From: Tubiluchus corallicola
Taxonomy: Eukaryota; Animalia; Priapulida
DNA: 46,259 bases
Reading direction: 5' to 3'
Assembly (NCBI GenBank): GCA_030141605.1
Contig: JAQGDQ010001338.1
Span: forward strand, 1-46,259
Made by a program: the position numbers and the translations under genes. The notes under the pieces were generated by a model, which saw nothing but the letters and a program-made list of their open reading frames with translations, made no database searches and was not told where the DNA came from. Every line of letters begins with the position of its first letter. Position 1 is the first letter of the stretch. Of this stretch, positions 11,781 through 24,038 are shown piece after piece.

Positions 11781-12460
11781 ACCACACCACAACAGACTTG
11801 ATACACTATTTACAAAAACATTTACAGTAAGAATTGACTATAACTACACAAGCTGACAAGTTTTACTACAAGATTACATTAGACATTAGTAACATTTACA
11901 GTAAGAATAGACTATAACTACACAAGCTGACAAGTTTTACTACAAGATTACATTAGGCATTAGTAACATTTACAGTAAGAATTGACTATAACTACACATG
12001 CTGACAAGTTTTACTACAAGATTACATTAGACATTAGTAGAAAATGACGGTTAGAAAATATTAATGTACGAATATCTAAGACTGATGCATTTTATATCAG
12101 ATAGAAACTACTGGAAGCGTTTAGTACGTAATATAAACTCATGTATACATCGGAATATTTTACCGTTAGCAACATAGTTAAATTCATCTTTTCCGAATAA
12201 TAACAACTTCAACAGATCATTAGTTCCTAAGGCAGCTATATTAAGGTTTTCAGGCAGAAGTATTTCATTTAGTTTATCAAACATAACAACCCTAGCTAGT
12301 TGATACAATGGACAGTGCAACAAAAAGTGTTCAACAGACTCAAATCGAAATCCTCAGTTACTATTCGGCAATATTGGATGACCGTCATTATCTATACAGC
12401 CTTTAGAGAAAAGGTCATAGTTTAGCTGAGAAAATCCGATTTTCATGCGCTTATGATCCC
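11555..12460 (-). mobile_element. CR1/L2-like LINE 3' end; the 3'UTR contains (GA)n and a 3 x 74-bp tandem
   Basis: ESVEHFLLHCPLY...LLLFG...IHEFILRTKRF is a typical ORF2 C-terminus; 74-bp units start at 11818, 11892 and 11966. Confidence 0.8.
11643..11778. repeat. (CT)n microsatellite
   Basis: Direct. Confidence 0.98.
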
Positions 12461-13020
12461 CTTGATATTGCGTGTTTTACAGTGTCTGCTGTGCTGTAAA
12501 TTTGTTTAGCTCTGCTGCATGATTTCCAGTTTGTTTTGCAAATATTCTCATTTTTGTAGCCAAAACAACAATATTTTATTAAAACTTCCGATCCATATAG
12601 TCGAGAATCACGCCGAATGTTGCGAGAGACTTCTGGTTTCGACGGAGAATGTTTCGACTGGTTTTATGTTCGTAAAATTCATTTCTGATGATGACAGCAG
12701 TAGCCTTTCGAAACAATTGGCATGATTTTTGATTATGTGGAATGGAAATTTTAATAAAATATTGTGGTGGTCTTTTGGCTATAAATTGGTTTGAGTGCTT
12801 GTAATAAAAAAATTATCTAGTTTTTGTTCTTTATTTTTTCCCGATTTGTTCCACGACACTTTTTTCGCGACACACTGTTGAAAACTTTTCTAATAATTTT
12901 GAGGGAATTACCGCACGCCATTTGTGAATTGATCCGGCATTGTGGACTTGAATGAAAGGGGATACTATGGGTCAAGAGCTCGGCATGATTTGAGGCCTGC
13001 TTATAAAACGTTGTTCCTTT

Positions 13021-16000
13021 TATAATATTAATGTTTATTTAAAGTCGGCTCTTTGGATTAACAATTAACATAAGCTCCAAAGAGTTTTTGGACCGACTCT
13101 TAATTACAAACTACAAATGCATAATATTACTTCGCTTGTACCCTACATACCACGTGCCAGACAGGGCAACTTGTACCTACATACCACGTGCCAGACAGGG
13201 CAACTTGTGCCCTACATACCACGTGCCAGACAGGGCAACTTGTACCTACATACCACGTGCCAGACAGGGCAACTTGTACCCTACATACCACGCGCCAGAC
13301 AGGGCAACTTGTACCCTACATACCACGCGCCAGACAGGGCAACTTGTACCCTACATACCACGTGCCAGACAGGGCAACTTGTACCCTACATACCACGCGC
13401 CAGACAGGGCAACTTGTACCCTACATACCACGTGCCAGACAGGGCAACTTGTACCCTACATACCACGTGCCAGACAGGGCAACTTGTACCTACATACCAC
13501 GTGCCAGACAGGGCAACTTGTACCCTACATACCACGTGCCAGACAGGGCAACTTGTACCTACATACCACGTGCCAGACAGGGCAACTTGTACCCTACATA
13601 CCACGTGCCAGACAGGGCAACTTGTGCCCTACATACCACGTGCCAGACAGGGCAACCTGTACCTACATACCACGTGCCAGACAGGGCAACTTGTACCCTA
13701 CATACCACGCGCCAGACAGGGCAACTTGTACCTACATACCACGTGCCAGACAGGGCAACTTGTACCCTACATACCACGTGCCAGACAGGGCAACTTGTAC
13801 CCTACATACCACGTGCCAGACAGGGCAACTTGTACCCTACATACCACGCGCCAGACAGGGCAACTTGTACCCTACATACCACGTGCCAGACAGGGCAACT
13901 TGTACCCTACATACCACCTGCCAGACAGGGCAACTTGTACCTACATACCACGTGCCAGACAGGGCAACTTGTACCCTACATACCACGCGCCAGACAGGGC
14001 AACTTGTACCTACATACCACGTGCCAGACAGGGCAACTTGTACCCTACATACCACGCGCCAGACAGGGCAACTTGTACCCTACATACCACGCGCCAGACA
14101 GGGCAACTTGTACCCTACATACCACGTGCCAGACAGGGCAACTTGTACCCTACATACCACCTGCCAGACAGGGCAACTTGTACCTACATACCACGTGCCA
14201 GACAGGGCAACTTGTACCCTACATACCACGCGCCAGACAGGGCAACTTGTACCTACATACCACGTGCCAGACAGGGCAACTTGTACCCTACATACCACGC
14301 GCCAGACAGGGCAACTTGTACCCTACATACCACGCGCCAGACAGGGCAACTTGTACCCTACATACCACGTGCCAGACAGGGCAACTTGTACCCTACATAC
14401 CACGTGCCAGACAGGGCAACTTGTACCTACATACCACGTGCCAGACAGTGCAACTTGTACCCCACATACCACGTGCCAGACAGGGCAACTTGTACCCTAC
14501 ATACCACGTGCCAGACAGGGCAACTTGTACCTACATACCACGTGCCAGACAGGGCAACTTGTACCCTACATACCACGTGCCAGACAGGGCAACTTGTACC
14601 CTACATACCACGCGCCAGACAGGGCAACTTGTACCCTACATACCACGCGCCAGACAGGGCAACTTGTACCCTACATACCACGCGCCAGACAGGGCAACTT
14701 GTACCCTACATACCACGTGCCAGACAGGGCAACTTGTACCTACATACCACGTGCCAGACAGGGCAACTTGTACCCTACATACCACGTGCCAGACAGGGCA
14801 ACTTGTACCCTACATACCACGCGCCAGACAGGGCAACTTGTACCCTACATACCACGCGCCAGACAGGGCAACTTGTACCCTACATACCACGCGCCAGACA
14901 GGGCAACTTGTACCTACATACCACGTGCCAGACAGGGCAACTTGTACCCTACATACCACGCGCCAGACAGGGCAACTTGTACCCTACATACCACGCGCCA
15001 GACAGGGCAACTTGTACCCTACATACCACGTGCCAGACAGGGCAACTTGTACCCTACATACCACGTGCCAGACAGGGCAACTTGTACCTACATACCACGT
15101 GCCAGACAGGGCAACTTGTACCCCATACCACGTGCCAACAGAACTTGTACCCTACATACCACGTGCCAGACAGGGCAACTTGCCTACATACCACGTGCCA
15201 GACAGGGCAACTTGTACCCTACATACCACGTGCCAGACAGGGCAACTTGTACCCTACATACCACGCGCCAGACAGGGCAACTTGTACCCTACATACCACG
15301 CGCCAGACAGGGCAACTTGTACCCTACATACCACGCGCCAGACAGGGCAACTGTACTACATACCACCTGCCAGACAGGGCAACTTGTACCTACATACCAC
15401 GTGCCAGACAGGGCAACTTGTACCCTACATACCACGCGCCAGACAGGGCAACTTGTACCTACATACCACGTGCCAGACAGGGCAACTTGTACCCTACATA
15501 CCACGCGCCAGACAGGGCAACTTGTACCCTACAGGGCAACTTGTACCCTACATACCACGTGCCAGACAGGGCAACTTGTACCCTACATACCACGTGCCAG
15601 ACAGGGCAACTTGTACCTACATACCACGTGCCAGACAGGGCAACTTGTACCCCACATACCACGTGCCAGACAGGGCAACTTGTACCTACATACCACGCGC
15701 CAGACAGGGCAACTTGTACCTACATACCACGTGCCAGACAGGGCAACTTGTACCCTACATACCACGCGCCAGACAGGGCAACTTGTACCCTACATACGCG
15801 CCAGACAGGGCAACTTGTACCCTACATACCACGTGCCAGACAGGGCAACTTGTACCCTACATACCACGTGCCAGACAGGGCAACTTGTACCCTACATACC
15901 ACGTGCCAGACAGGGCAACTTGGATCCCTACATACCACGTGCCAGACAGGGCAACTTGTACCCTACATACCACGTGCCAGACAGGGCAACTTGTACCCTA

Positions 16001-16677
16001 CATACCACGTGCCAGACAGGGCAACTTGTACCCTACATACCACGTGCCAGACAGGGCAACTTGTACCCTACATACCACGCGCCAGACAGGGCAACTTGTA
16101 CCCCACATACCACGTGCCAGACAGGGCAACTTGTACCCTACATACCACCTGCCAGACAGGGCAACTTGTACCTACATACCACCTGCCAGACAGGGCAACT
16201 TGTACCCTACATACCACGCGCCAGACAGGGCAACTTGTACCTACATACCACGTGCCAGACAGGGCAACTTGTACCCTACATACCACGCGCCAGACAGGGC
16301 AACTTGTACCCTACATACCACGCGCCAGACAGGGCAACTTGTACCCTACATACCACGTGCCAGACAGGGCAACTTGTACCCTACATACCACGTGCCAGAC
16401 AGGGCAACTTGTACCCCACATACCACGCGCCAGACAGGGCAACTTGTACCCCACATACCACGTGCCAGACAGGGCAACTTGTACCCTACATACCACGTGC
16501 CAGACAGGGCAACTTGTACCTACATACCACGTGCCAGACAGGGCAACTTGTACCCTACATACCACGTGCCAGACAGGGCAACAGTAGGTACCTAGTTTTT
16601 GGTATGACCTAGCCGCTGTATCAAACTCACGACCTCCCAGACGGCAATGGACGTGTTATCATTAGACTAAACTGTCT
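13021..16677 (-). mobile_element. tRNA-derived SINE (same family as 9885) inflated by an internal tandem array
   Basis: Head at 16677-16583 and tail at 13134-13021 both align to the 9885-10131 copy. Confidence 0.88.
13135..16582. repeat. 35/34-bp minisatellite (CTTGTACCCTACATACCACGTGCCAGACAGGGCAA), ~100 copies
   Basis: Direct periodicity; lies in CHMP1 intron 3. Confidence 0.99.
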
Positions 16678-16783
16678 CATTCATGTCTAGGTGTAAGTCC
16701 TTTTAAGCTGTAGTTGCTTGTTAATTATAATTCAATTTTTTCTTTAGTTAAATTAAGTTGTTTAACCTCGTGTAATTTTGCAG

Positions 16784-16852
16784 GTAACTACGTCTATGGC
16801 GGGTGTTGTAAAAGCCATGGATTCAGCAATGAGGTCAATGAACTTAGAAAAG
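16784..16852 (+). CDS. CHMP1B: CHMP1B-like exon 4
   Basis: VTTSMAGVVKAMDSAMRSMNLEK; phase 0/0. Confidence 0.97.
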
Positions 16853-17015
16853 GTGCGCCGCTTATTGTTCTTGTTCTTGCCTTTACTAGACCTAAACTCA
16901 TAATACGTGCTTCAAAAACACTTGTAATTAGATAAAAAATAAAATAAATATGAAATATTTTATATAAAATATTTATATAAAGTTTTATAAAAAGTGAAAT
17001 ATCATTACAAATTAA

Positions 17016-17655
17016 CTCCTTTAGGACCGCGCCGTTCAGAATAGGACTTTTCTATGACTTTTCTGCAGCTGTTTAAGTACAGACATAACTAAATGATTGC
17101 AAATTAGGTGCTTTTCTACTCAGGAGAACCTCAGCTATCCAATCATGCTACTTATTTAAACATTTATAAATGGTTTAGTTGGATAAAATTAAGAAAAACA
17201 CGCCCTCTTCAGACACTCCAACTTAGCCTATTGAGTAGCTTAGTCTGGTGTACACTTGCTTGATCGTACGCATCTACTGATCGACTGCTTACTACAGTCC
17301 AAGCTGGGCAGTGTTCTGCTGCTATTCCAGGAAAAACCAACCGATCAGCCAAAGACTAATAGACTGTGTCTGGATAGTTGAAATTTTCTACATTAGCTGA
17401 TTAGTACAGAAGTGATACTGTACATTGTTACAGTGCAAACACTGCAGTTGCTGAAAACGTTTTTCAATTTTCTCATGAAAAATCGACTTTTCATTTGCCT
17501 AAGGTAAGCAAATGTGTTTCATGTAGAATTTTGCATGAAAATCTATTGTGTGAGGAGTAGAAACCTACAAATGTATTGTAATCGTTGCTTAATAAGAGCA
17601 GTTTTTTGCGAACCCTTGCAAAATGCAACAACAAACGCTTATGGTCCTGAAGGAG
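17016..17655. mobile_element. piggyBac-like non-autonomous element
   Basis: TIRs CTCCTT(T/C)AGGACC; flanks TTAA / TTAG. Confidence 0.7.
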
Positions 17656-18049
17656 TTAGCAATACGGCCTTTTGCATAAACTGTGCAGGTTAATTATGTT
17701 AGTTAGCTAGGTGAATTGATTAATGTGGCAGTCACCATTAATGACTTGTGATGACACATTAGTCACCAAGCTTTGTGGTGTTGTTGTGTTTTGTTTCTCT
17801 CGGAATGCTCGTAGAGAAAACCATCATCAAATTAAACTAGTTTAAACTGAAGGAACGCGCAATGTTTACAGTAAATGTGATAATCTGGAAACGTGAAAGC
17901 GTATCTGAGAATACTCGGATACAAGAGAGTAATCTCCAGCAGCCTACTCCACCTTATATATCAGTGCAAATGAACAATCTAGAAACAGAAAGTATGTAAA
18001 TAAAAAACTTGACTTGACTAGGCAAAACTACTAAATGTGTTGAGCGAAT

Positions 18050-18423
18050 TGTTGTGTTTTGTTTCTCTCGGAAGGCTCATAGAGAAAACCAGAAAACATG
18101 TCGTCAAATTAAACTAGTTTATTATGCGAGAATTCTACAACACAAAAGTATGAAGGAACGCGAAATGTTTACAGTAAATGTGATAATCTGGAAACTTGAA
18201 AGCAAGAAAGCATATCTGAGAATCTGAGAATACGAGAGAATACGAGGGTTCAAGAGAATGTGAGAGAATAAACTTCAGCGGCGAGCTCCGCCTTATATAT
18301 CAGTGCCAGGGAACAATCTAGAAATAGAAAGTTCTTGAAACTTCTACAAGGTAAGAAGGTTGTTCTACGATACTATAGAACATTCTACAATATTCTATTT
18401 ATTTCTAGTGGATCTCCACAACA
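18050..18423 (-). mobile_element. Probable solo LTR; partial diverged copy at ~17782-17995
   Basis: TGTTGTG...CACAACA termini; TATATAA then AATAAA on the - strand; no TSD found. Confidence 0.55.
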
Positions 18424-18738
18424 ACTATGTCACTATGTGACTATGTGACAGTCATTCAGTCTCTGACTTCACAGCAATTAGACTTCTTCACTGCATTTTG
18501 ATTTTTCCCTGATTTCTTCACAAAGGAAGCAGAATGCTTTCAAAATGTCATTGATTTCGAGTCAGTGGAATCGAATTAAGCTTGGATAAAATTCCAATTA
18601 GGCGAAAAAGTTATTTTCCAGCTTTTGTATAGCGGTTATGTAGGCGAGTCGATGCCCCTACGTGACAATTCACATTTTCACTTAGAAATATTGCGTAGTA
18701 GATTGTTTAAATAATGTCTTATAATAATTACTTACAAC

Positions 18739-19265
18739 CAGTGGTGACTCGTGACTAAAATTAGTGAGGGCGCTACTTCAGAAAATTTTCAGCCATTGTT
18801 TTAATGCTGTGTAAAGCAAAACAAACGTATGTAATTTTAGTGTTGTAATTTGTAATTGTAATTTTAAACAAACAAACATACGAAAGTTTATACGTAAACG
18901 TGATAAAATCCTAAACAAAAAAGTATTTTTTCTTACTAATAGCATAAATTGTCACAGTACAAGTTGGAGCCATTCATGTACAGCACATGACATCTGACAG
19001 CAAACTGTGTGAGTGACAGTACTTTCTCTACTTGGGCTCAGATGTGTGCACATGGTCGCATGCACACAATGGCCAAACACCATGTTGCTGGAGCGCACTG
19101 TGCTGGGCTGTGAAGCAAACAGTACTACCCTCATATGCTCTTTTTCTTACAAGTATAAAGAACGAACTATAGAAGAAAGACTTCTTATATTGAATATTAT
19201 CAATAGCATCGAGTGAAAATAGGGAGTGCTGTCATTCCACGGTACTTATACACGAGCCACCACTA
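18739..19265 (+). mobile_element. hAT-like MITE family B, copy 1
   Basis: TIR CAGTGGTGACTCGTG / CACGAGCCACCACTA; TSD CTTACAAC / CTTGCAAC. Confidence 0.85.
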
Positions 19266-19313
19266 CTTGCAACTGCGTTAAATTTTTCATCATTAGGTAC
19301 AATTGTTAATATG

Positions 19314-19807
19314 CAGGGATGGAAATTTTCCACGGACACGCGGAATTCCGAGTTTTTGGAAGACCAGTAGTGCCATTTTTGTAAATCGCGTAAATTCGTT
19401 GAAGAAATTTTTACGGACCTAGTACCTTATTTCACAAGCTGACCGCTAGATGGCAGGCCATCACTTTGTTTACATCACGTACATCAGTGTAACCACGTGT
19501 ATATCTCTTTGTATAAAAATGTAGAATCAATTGTGCAGAGTTATTTGAGTCAATTGCAGACAGTTTTTATATACTTTTGCATTGGAGCGGCCAGTACTTG
19601 GGCATTTTTGAGACAATTAGGTATCATGTATCCTTGATAGTTGGGTATTTTAAATTATGCATGAAACAAGGTAACTGATATTTTAAGTCCACTTAGAGGC
19701 TCTCTATGGTCACAAAATTGCAATTTCAATCCCATTGGGGGCCTAGGTGGCCCCAAAACCCCCCGGCCTGTATCAGAGTTTTTTGCAATTTGTGATTCTC
19801 ATCCCTG
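19314..19807 (+). mobile_element. hAT-like MITE family A, copy 2
   Basis: CAGGGATG...CATCCCTG; TSD AATATG / AATATC. Confidence 0.9.
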
Positions 19808-19945
19808 AATATCCCACTTGTTCGCGAATGACATTACAGTAGGCATCATTTATATTTTACACAAGTTTTTTTGCCTTAGTGAAAACTCTTGAGCAAAGTG
19901 CAGTTCATGGAGTCATTTATTTGATGGTTTTGTTCATTTTACCAG

Positions 19946-20097
19946 GTATCTAACTTAATGGATAGATTTGAAAAAGATTTTGAGGATTTGGACGTTCAGT
20001 CGGCTGCCATGGACAACGCCATGAGTTCCACGACAACGGTGACGGCACCCCAGGGAGAAGTTGACTCTCTCATGGCCCAAGTTGCCGACGAAGCCGG
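19946..20097 (+). CDS. CHMP1B: CHMP1B-like exon 5
   Basis: VSNLMDRFEKDFEDLDVQSAAMDNAMSSTTTVTAPQGEVDSLMAQVADEAG; phase 0/2. Confidence 0.98.
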
Positions 20098-20207
20098 GTA
20101 ACTGTCTGCTTTCATGCAAGCATAACTTTAAATTGAGTGCATATGAGGCTAGCATCCCGAACGGTCTTTCTTTCTATTGACTTTTGAGAGATGCTGTTTC
20201 CTCTTTC

Positions 20208-20329
20208 AGTAGAGTTAACAGGTACAACTCCCAATTTCAGCAAAATTTTGGAGACTATGTGATGATGATGATCTCTTAGTAGAGTTAGCAGGGTACAACT
20301 ACTAATTTCATCAAGATTTTGGAGACTAT

Positions 20330-20361
<32 letters not shown>

Positions 20362-20585
20362 CTTTTAGTAGAGTTAACAGGGTACAACTACTAATTTCAT
20401 CAAGATTTTGGAGACTATATGATGATGATGATGATCTTTTAGTAGAGTTAACAGGGTACAACTACTAATTTCATCAAGATTTTGGAGACTATATGATGAT
20501 GATGATGATGATGATGATGATCTTTTAGTAGAGTTAACAGGGTACAACTACTAATTTCATCAAGATTTTGGAGACTATATGATGG

Positions 20586-20616
<31 letters not shown>

Positions 20617-20673
20617 CTTTTACTAGAGTTAACATGGTACAACTCCTAATTTCAGCAAAATTTTGGAGACTAT

Positions 20674-20710
<37 letters not shown>
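20208..20710 (+). repeat. 6 tandem units of a ~58-bp core, each ending in a variable (GAT)n tract
   Basis: AGTAGAGTTAACAGGGTACAACTACTAATTTCATCAAGATTTTGGAGACTATAT(GAT)n repeated. Confidence 0.95.
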
Positions 20711-21077
20711 GTTCATACTTCAGACTTTAAACTTAGCTTATTTTTACCCAACAAACTAGAAATTACAAATAGAAATTTACAACATTACTGAAGAAAAATC
20801 AGTACAAAAAATTGATATATTTAAACTACAAATAGTAAAGCTGCTTGGCTCAGGAGACCTAAAAACGGCAAAACAGTCGCATAAATTAAAGGACACCTCA
20901 GGAAGAAATGGAAAAGGAGAAAGAGGGGGATGGATGAAAAGAACAAAAGGGAAGAAAGACAGAGAAACAGAAAGAGTATGTGAAAACCAGTGTTGTGCCA
21001 ATCAACGATGACAACGATATCAATAATGAAGTAATAATAAAGCCATTATCACCATTGGATTTTCAAGCCAAATTTGT

Positions 21078-22328
21078 GTCAACTCACATAGTGCCATAAA
21101 GGCAATGAATACAATCAGAGTTATTGGTAAACCCAAGCGATGACCATCGGTCAACTCACATAGTGCCATAAAGACAATGAATACAATCAGAGTTATTGGT
21201 AAATGCAAGAGATGACCATCGGTCAACTCACATAGTGTCATAAAGACAATGAATACAATCAGAGTTATTGGTAAACCCAAGCGATGACCATCGGTCAACT
21301 CACATAGTGCCATAAAGACAATGAATACAATCAGATTTATTGGTAAACCCAAGCGATGACCATCGGTCAACTCACATAGTGTCATAAAGACAATGAATAC
21401 AATCAGAGTTATTGGTAAATCCAAGCGATGACCATCGGTCAACTCACATAGTGCCATAAAGACAATGAATACAATCAGAGTTATTGGTAAAACCAAGCGA
21501 TGACCATCGGTCAACTCACATAGTGTCATAAAGACAATGAATACAATCCGAGTTATTGGTAAACCCAAGCGATGACCATCGGTCAACTCACATAGTGTCA
21601 TAAAGACAATGAATACAATCAGAGTTATTGGTAAACCCAAGCGATGACCATCGGTCAACTCACATAGTGTCATAAAGACAATGAATACAATCAGAGTTAT
21701 TGGTAAACCCAAGCGATGACCATCGGTCAACTCACATAGTGTCATAAAGACAATTAATACAATCCGAGTTATTGGTAAATGCAAGAGATGACCATCGGTC
21801 AACTCACATAGTGTCATAAAGACAATGAATACAATCAGAGTTATTGGTAAAACCAAGCGATGACCATCGGTCAACTCACATAGTGTCATAAAGACAATGA
21901 ATACAATCCGAGTTATTGGTAAACCGAAGCGATGACCATCGGTCAACTCACATAGTGTCATAAAGACAATGAATACAATCCGAGTTATTGGTAAACCCAA
22001 GCGATGACCATCGGTCAACTCACATAGTGTCATAAAGACAATGAATACAATCCGAGTTATTGGTAAACCCAAGCGATGACCATCGGTCAACTCACATAGT
22101 GTCATAAAGACAATGAATACAATCCGAGTTATTGGTAAATCCAAGCGATGACCATCGGTCAACTCACATAGTGCCATAAAGACAATGAATACAATCAGAG
22201 TTATTGATAAACCCAAGCGATGACCATCGGTCAACTCACATAGTGTCATAAAGACAATGAATACAATCCGAGTTATTGATAAATCCAAGCGATGACCATC
22301 GGTCAACTCACATAGTGCCATAAAGACA
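21078..22328. repeat. 72-bp minisatellite, ~17 copies, with a diverged orphan unit at ~22977-23025
   Basis: Direct periodicity; the 24-aa repeat in the 438-aa minus ORF. Confidence 0.97.
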
Positions 22329-22369
22329 GCATACATAACAATTACGTATGTGACAAAAATAAGTTATAG

Positions 22370-22890
22370 GTTCATTTATTTCCACTCTGCATCTTACAAT
22401 TATAATAAAAATACAGATAATTTCACTGAAGTAAATATAAATATAAATGCAATATAATCCAGAAATTACGAAAGAGATTCTTATGCAGCATATACATGTG
22501 CAAATTATAATTACAGAATAATTTTGATGCGTACTGTTTGAGCATAAAAGCATAGCTTGACAGGCCAAACTGTACATGGAAATCTTAAAGAAGTGATTAA
22601 TAATTGAAATAATGATAATATATACATAAAAGTGGGGTGGGGGGAGTAGTGAATGAAAGATGAAATGGAGCGAGAACTAAGAAAAACTGTGATGTGGGGG
22701 GGGAGGTAGTGAATGAAAGATGAAATGGAGCGAGAACTAAGAAAAACTGTGATGTGGGGGGGGAGGTAGTGAATGAAACATGAAATGGAGCGAGAACTAA
22801 GAAAAACTGTGATGTGGGGGGGGGGGGGGTAGTGAATGAAAGATGAAATGGAGCGAGAACTAAGAAAAACTGTGATCATGATTATAAAGT
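22370..22890 (-). mobile_element. Retroelement 3' end; homologous copy at 33165-33530
   Basis: High similarity between the two loci; ends GTGGAAATAAA on -; a ~60-bp segment is present 4x here and 1x in the other copy. Confidence 0.75.
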
Positions 22891-23092
22891 GGATGTATTG
22901 ATGAAAACTATTCTGCAATAGTGTTTAAATTCGTTGTTGTTGTTGATGATGATTGTGATGATGGCAACAACTTTAGTGAATACAGTCAGAGTTATTGGCA
23001 AACGCAAGAGATGACCGATCAATTCAAGAAATTACTGCCGGTTTTTGCATCTTCCATTTTTATTGCTTATTAATTTTTCTCTCTCTTTTCAG

Positions 23093-23171
23093 GCTTGAGT
23101 TGAATATGGAGTTGCCGCAAGGTGGAACGCAATCACTAGGCGTCAGCACCGCAGCAGCGTCCGTAGAGCAG
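23093..23171 (+). CDS. CHMP1B: CHMP1B-like exon 6
   Basis: LELNMELPQGGTQSLGVSTAAASVEQ; phase 2/0; strong splice sites. Confidence 0.97.
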
Positions 23172-23276
23172 GTAAGTTACCATCTGACAACGTCACATTA
23201 TGTAGAAGACAGTGAGATTTGCATCCGTTTTATGTTTCTTAATACAATAAATGCCCGGTAAACTGCTTTAGAATTT

Positions 23277-23351
23277 GCGCTTCCACTGGGATTTGAACCC
23301 AGGCCTTCTGCTTTCTGGGTAGCTATGCTAATTACTATACCACAGAGTCAC
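23277..23351 (-). mobile_element. Degenerate tRNA-like SINE head
   Basis: TGGTATAGTAATTAGC A box and GGTTCAAATCC B box on -; too degenerate for a functional tRNA call. Confidence 0.55.
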
Positions 23352-24038
23352 TCTGACCTAGAGATTTACTCTGTAGACTAGTAGAGGCTTGCCAGTGACG
23401 CTATGCTAATTACTATACCACAGAGCCACTGTAGAGATTTACTCTGTATCACAGTATCATCAAACTACTACAGGCTTGCCAGTGACGTATCACAGTCCAC
23501 AGTGTATCAACGCATAGTACAGGATGTATATTTACAGAACGGCTCATACCATTGTGTTAACTTTGCATAAGGTGTTTCTGCAGTCTTTATTTTTCTAAAG
23601 AAAGAGAAAAAACAGAAAAATACATAAAATTTGCAGTAATGTAATTTGAACAAAAACTACAGAAATTTGAACTAAAAAATTACACAGAAAATTGCTATCT
23701 AATTAATAAACTTAGATTTACAAAATTCACTTCATTCCGCTAGAGAGAGCACACTGTTTATGGTTTATGAAGCATGACATTAAATTTCTCATATAAAAAT
23801 TGTATTATCCAGTAATTACAAGTAAGTCTCTGCAATAACCAGTTGAGTCTGCCAGCAATTGTTTTTCTTAGTTTTTGGCTCCCTCATGCGGGAAAAAGAA
23901 GAAACAAATTATATGGGTAATTGGCTAATTTGCTCATAACACATTGGGTGTTGAATGATGATGACTGCATTTATTTTACTTCTTTCCATCTGACAGGCTG
24001 GTGTTGTTGAAGATAAGGTGGTACAGTATATTATACTA

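Noticed and set aside
13135-16582. CRISPR-like 35-bp repeats
   Set aside because: No unique spacers, no cas genes, eukaryotic context
13088-16612. Three overlapping >1100-aa ORFs
   Set aside because: A stop-free 35-bp unit opens all + frames; frequent 1-bp indels; lies in a CHMP1 intron and derives from a SINE
21020-22336. 438-aa multi-TM-looking repeat protein
   Set aside because: 72-bp intronic array antisense to CHMP1; no homology or other support
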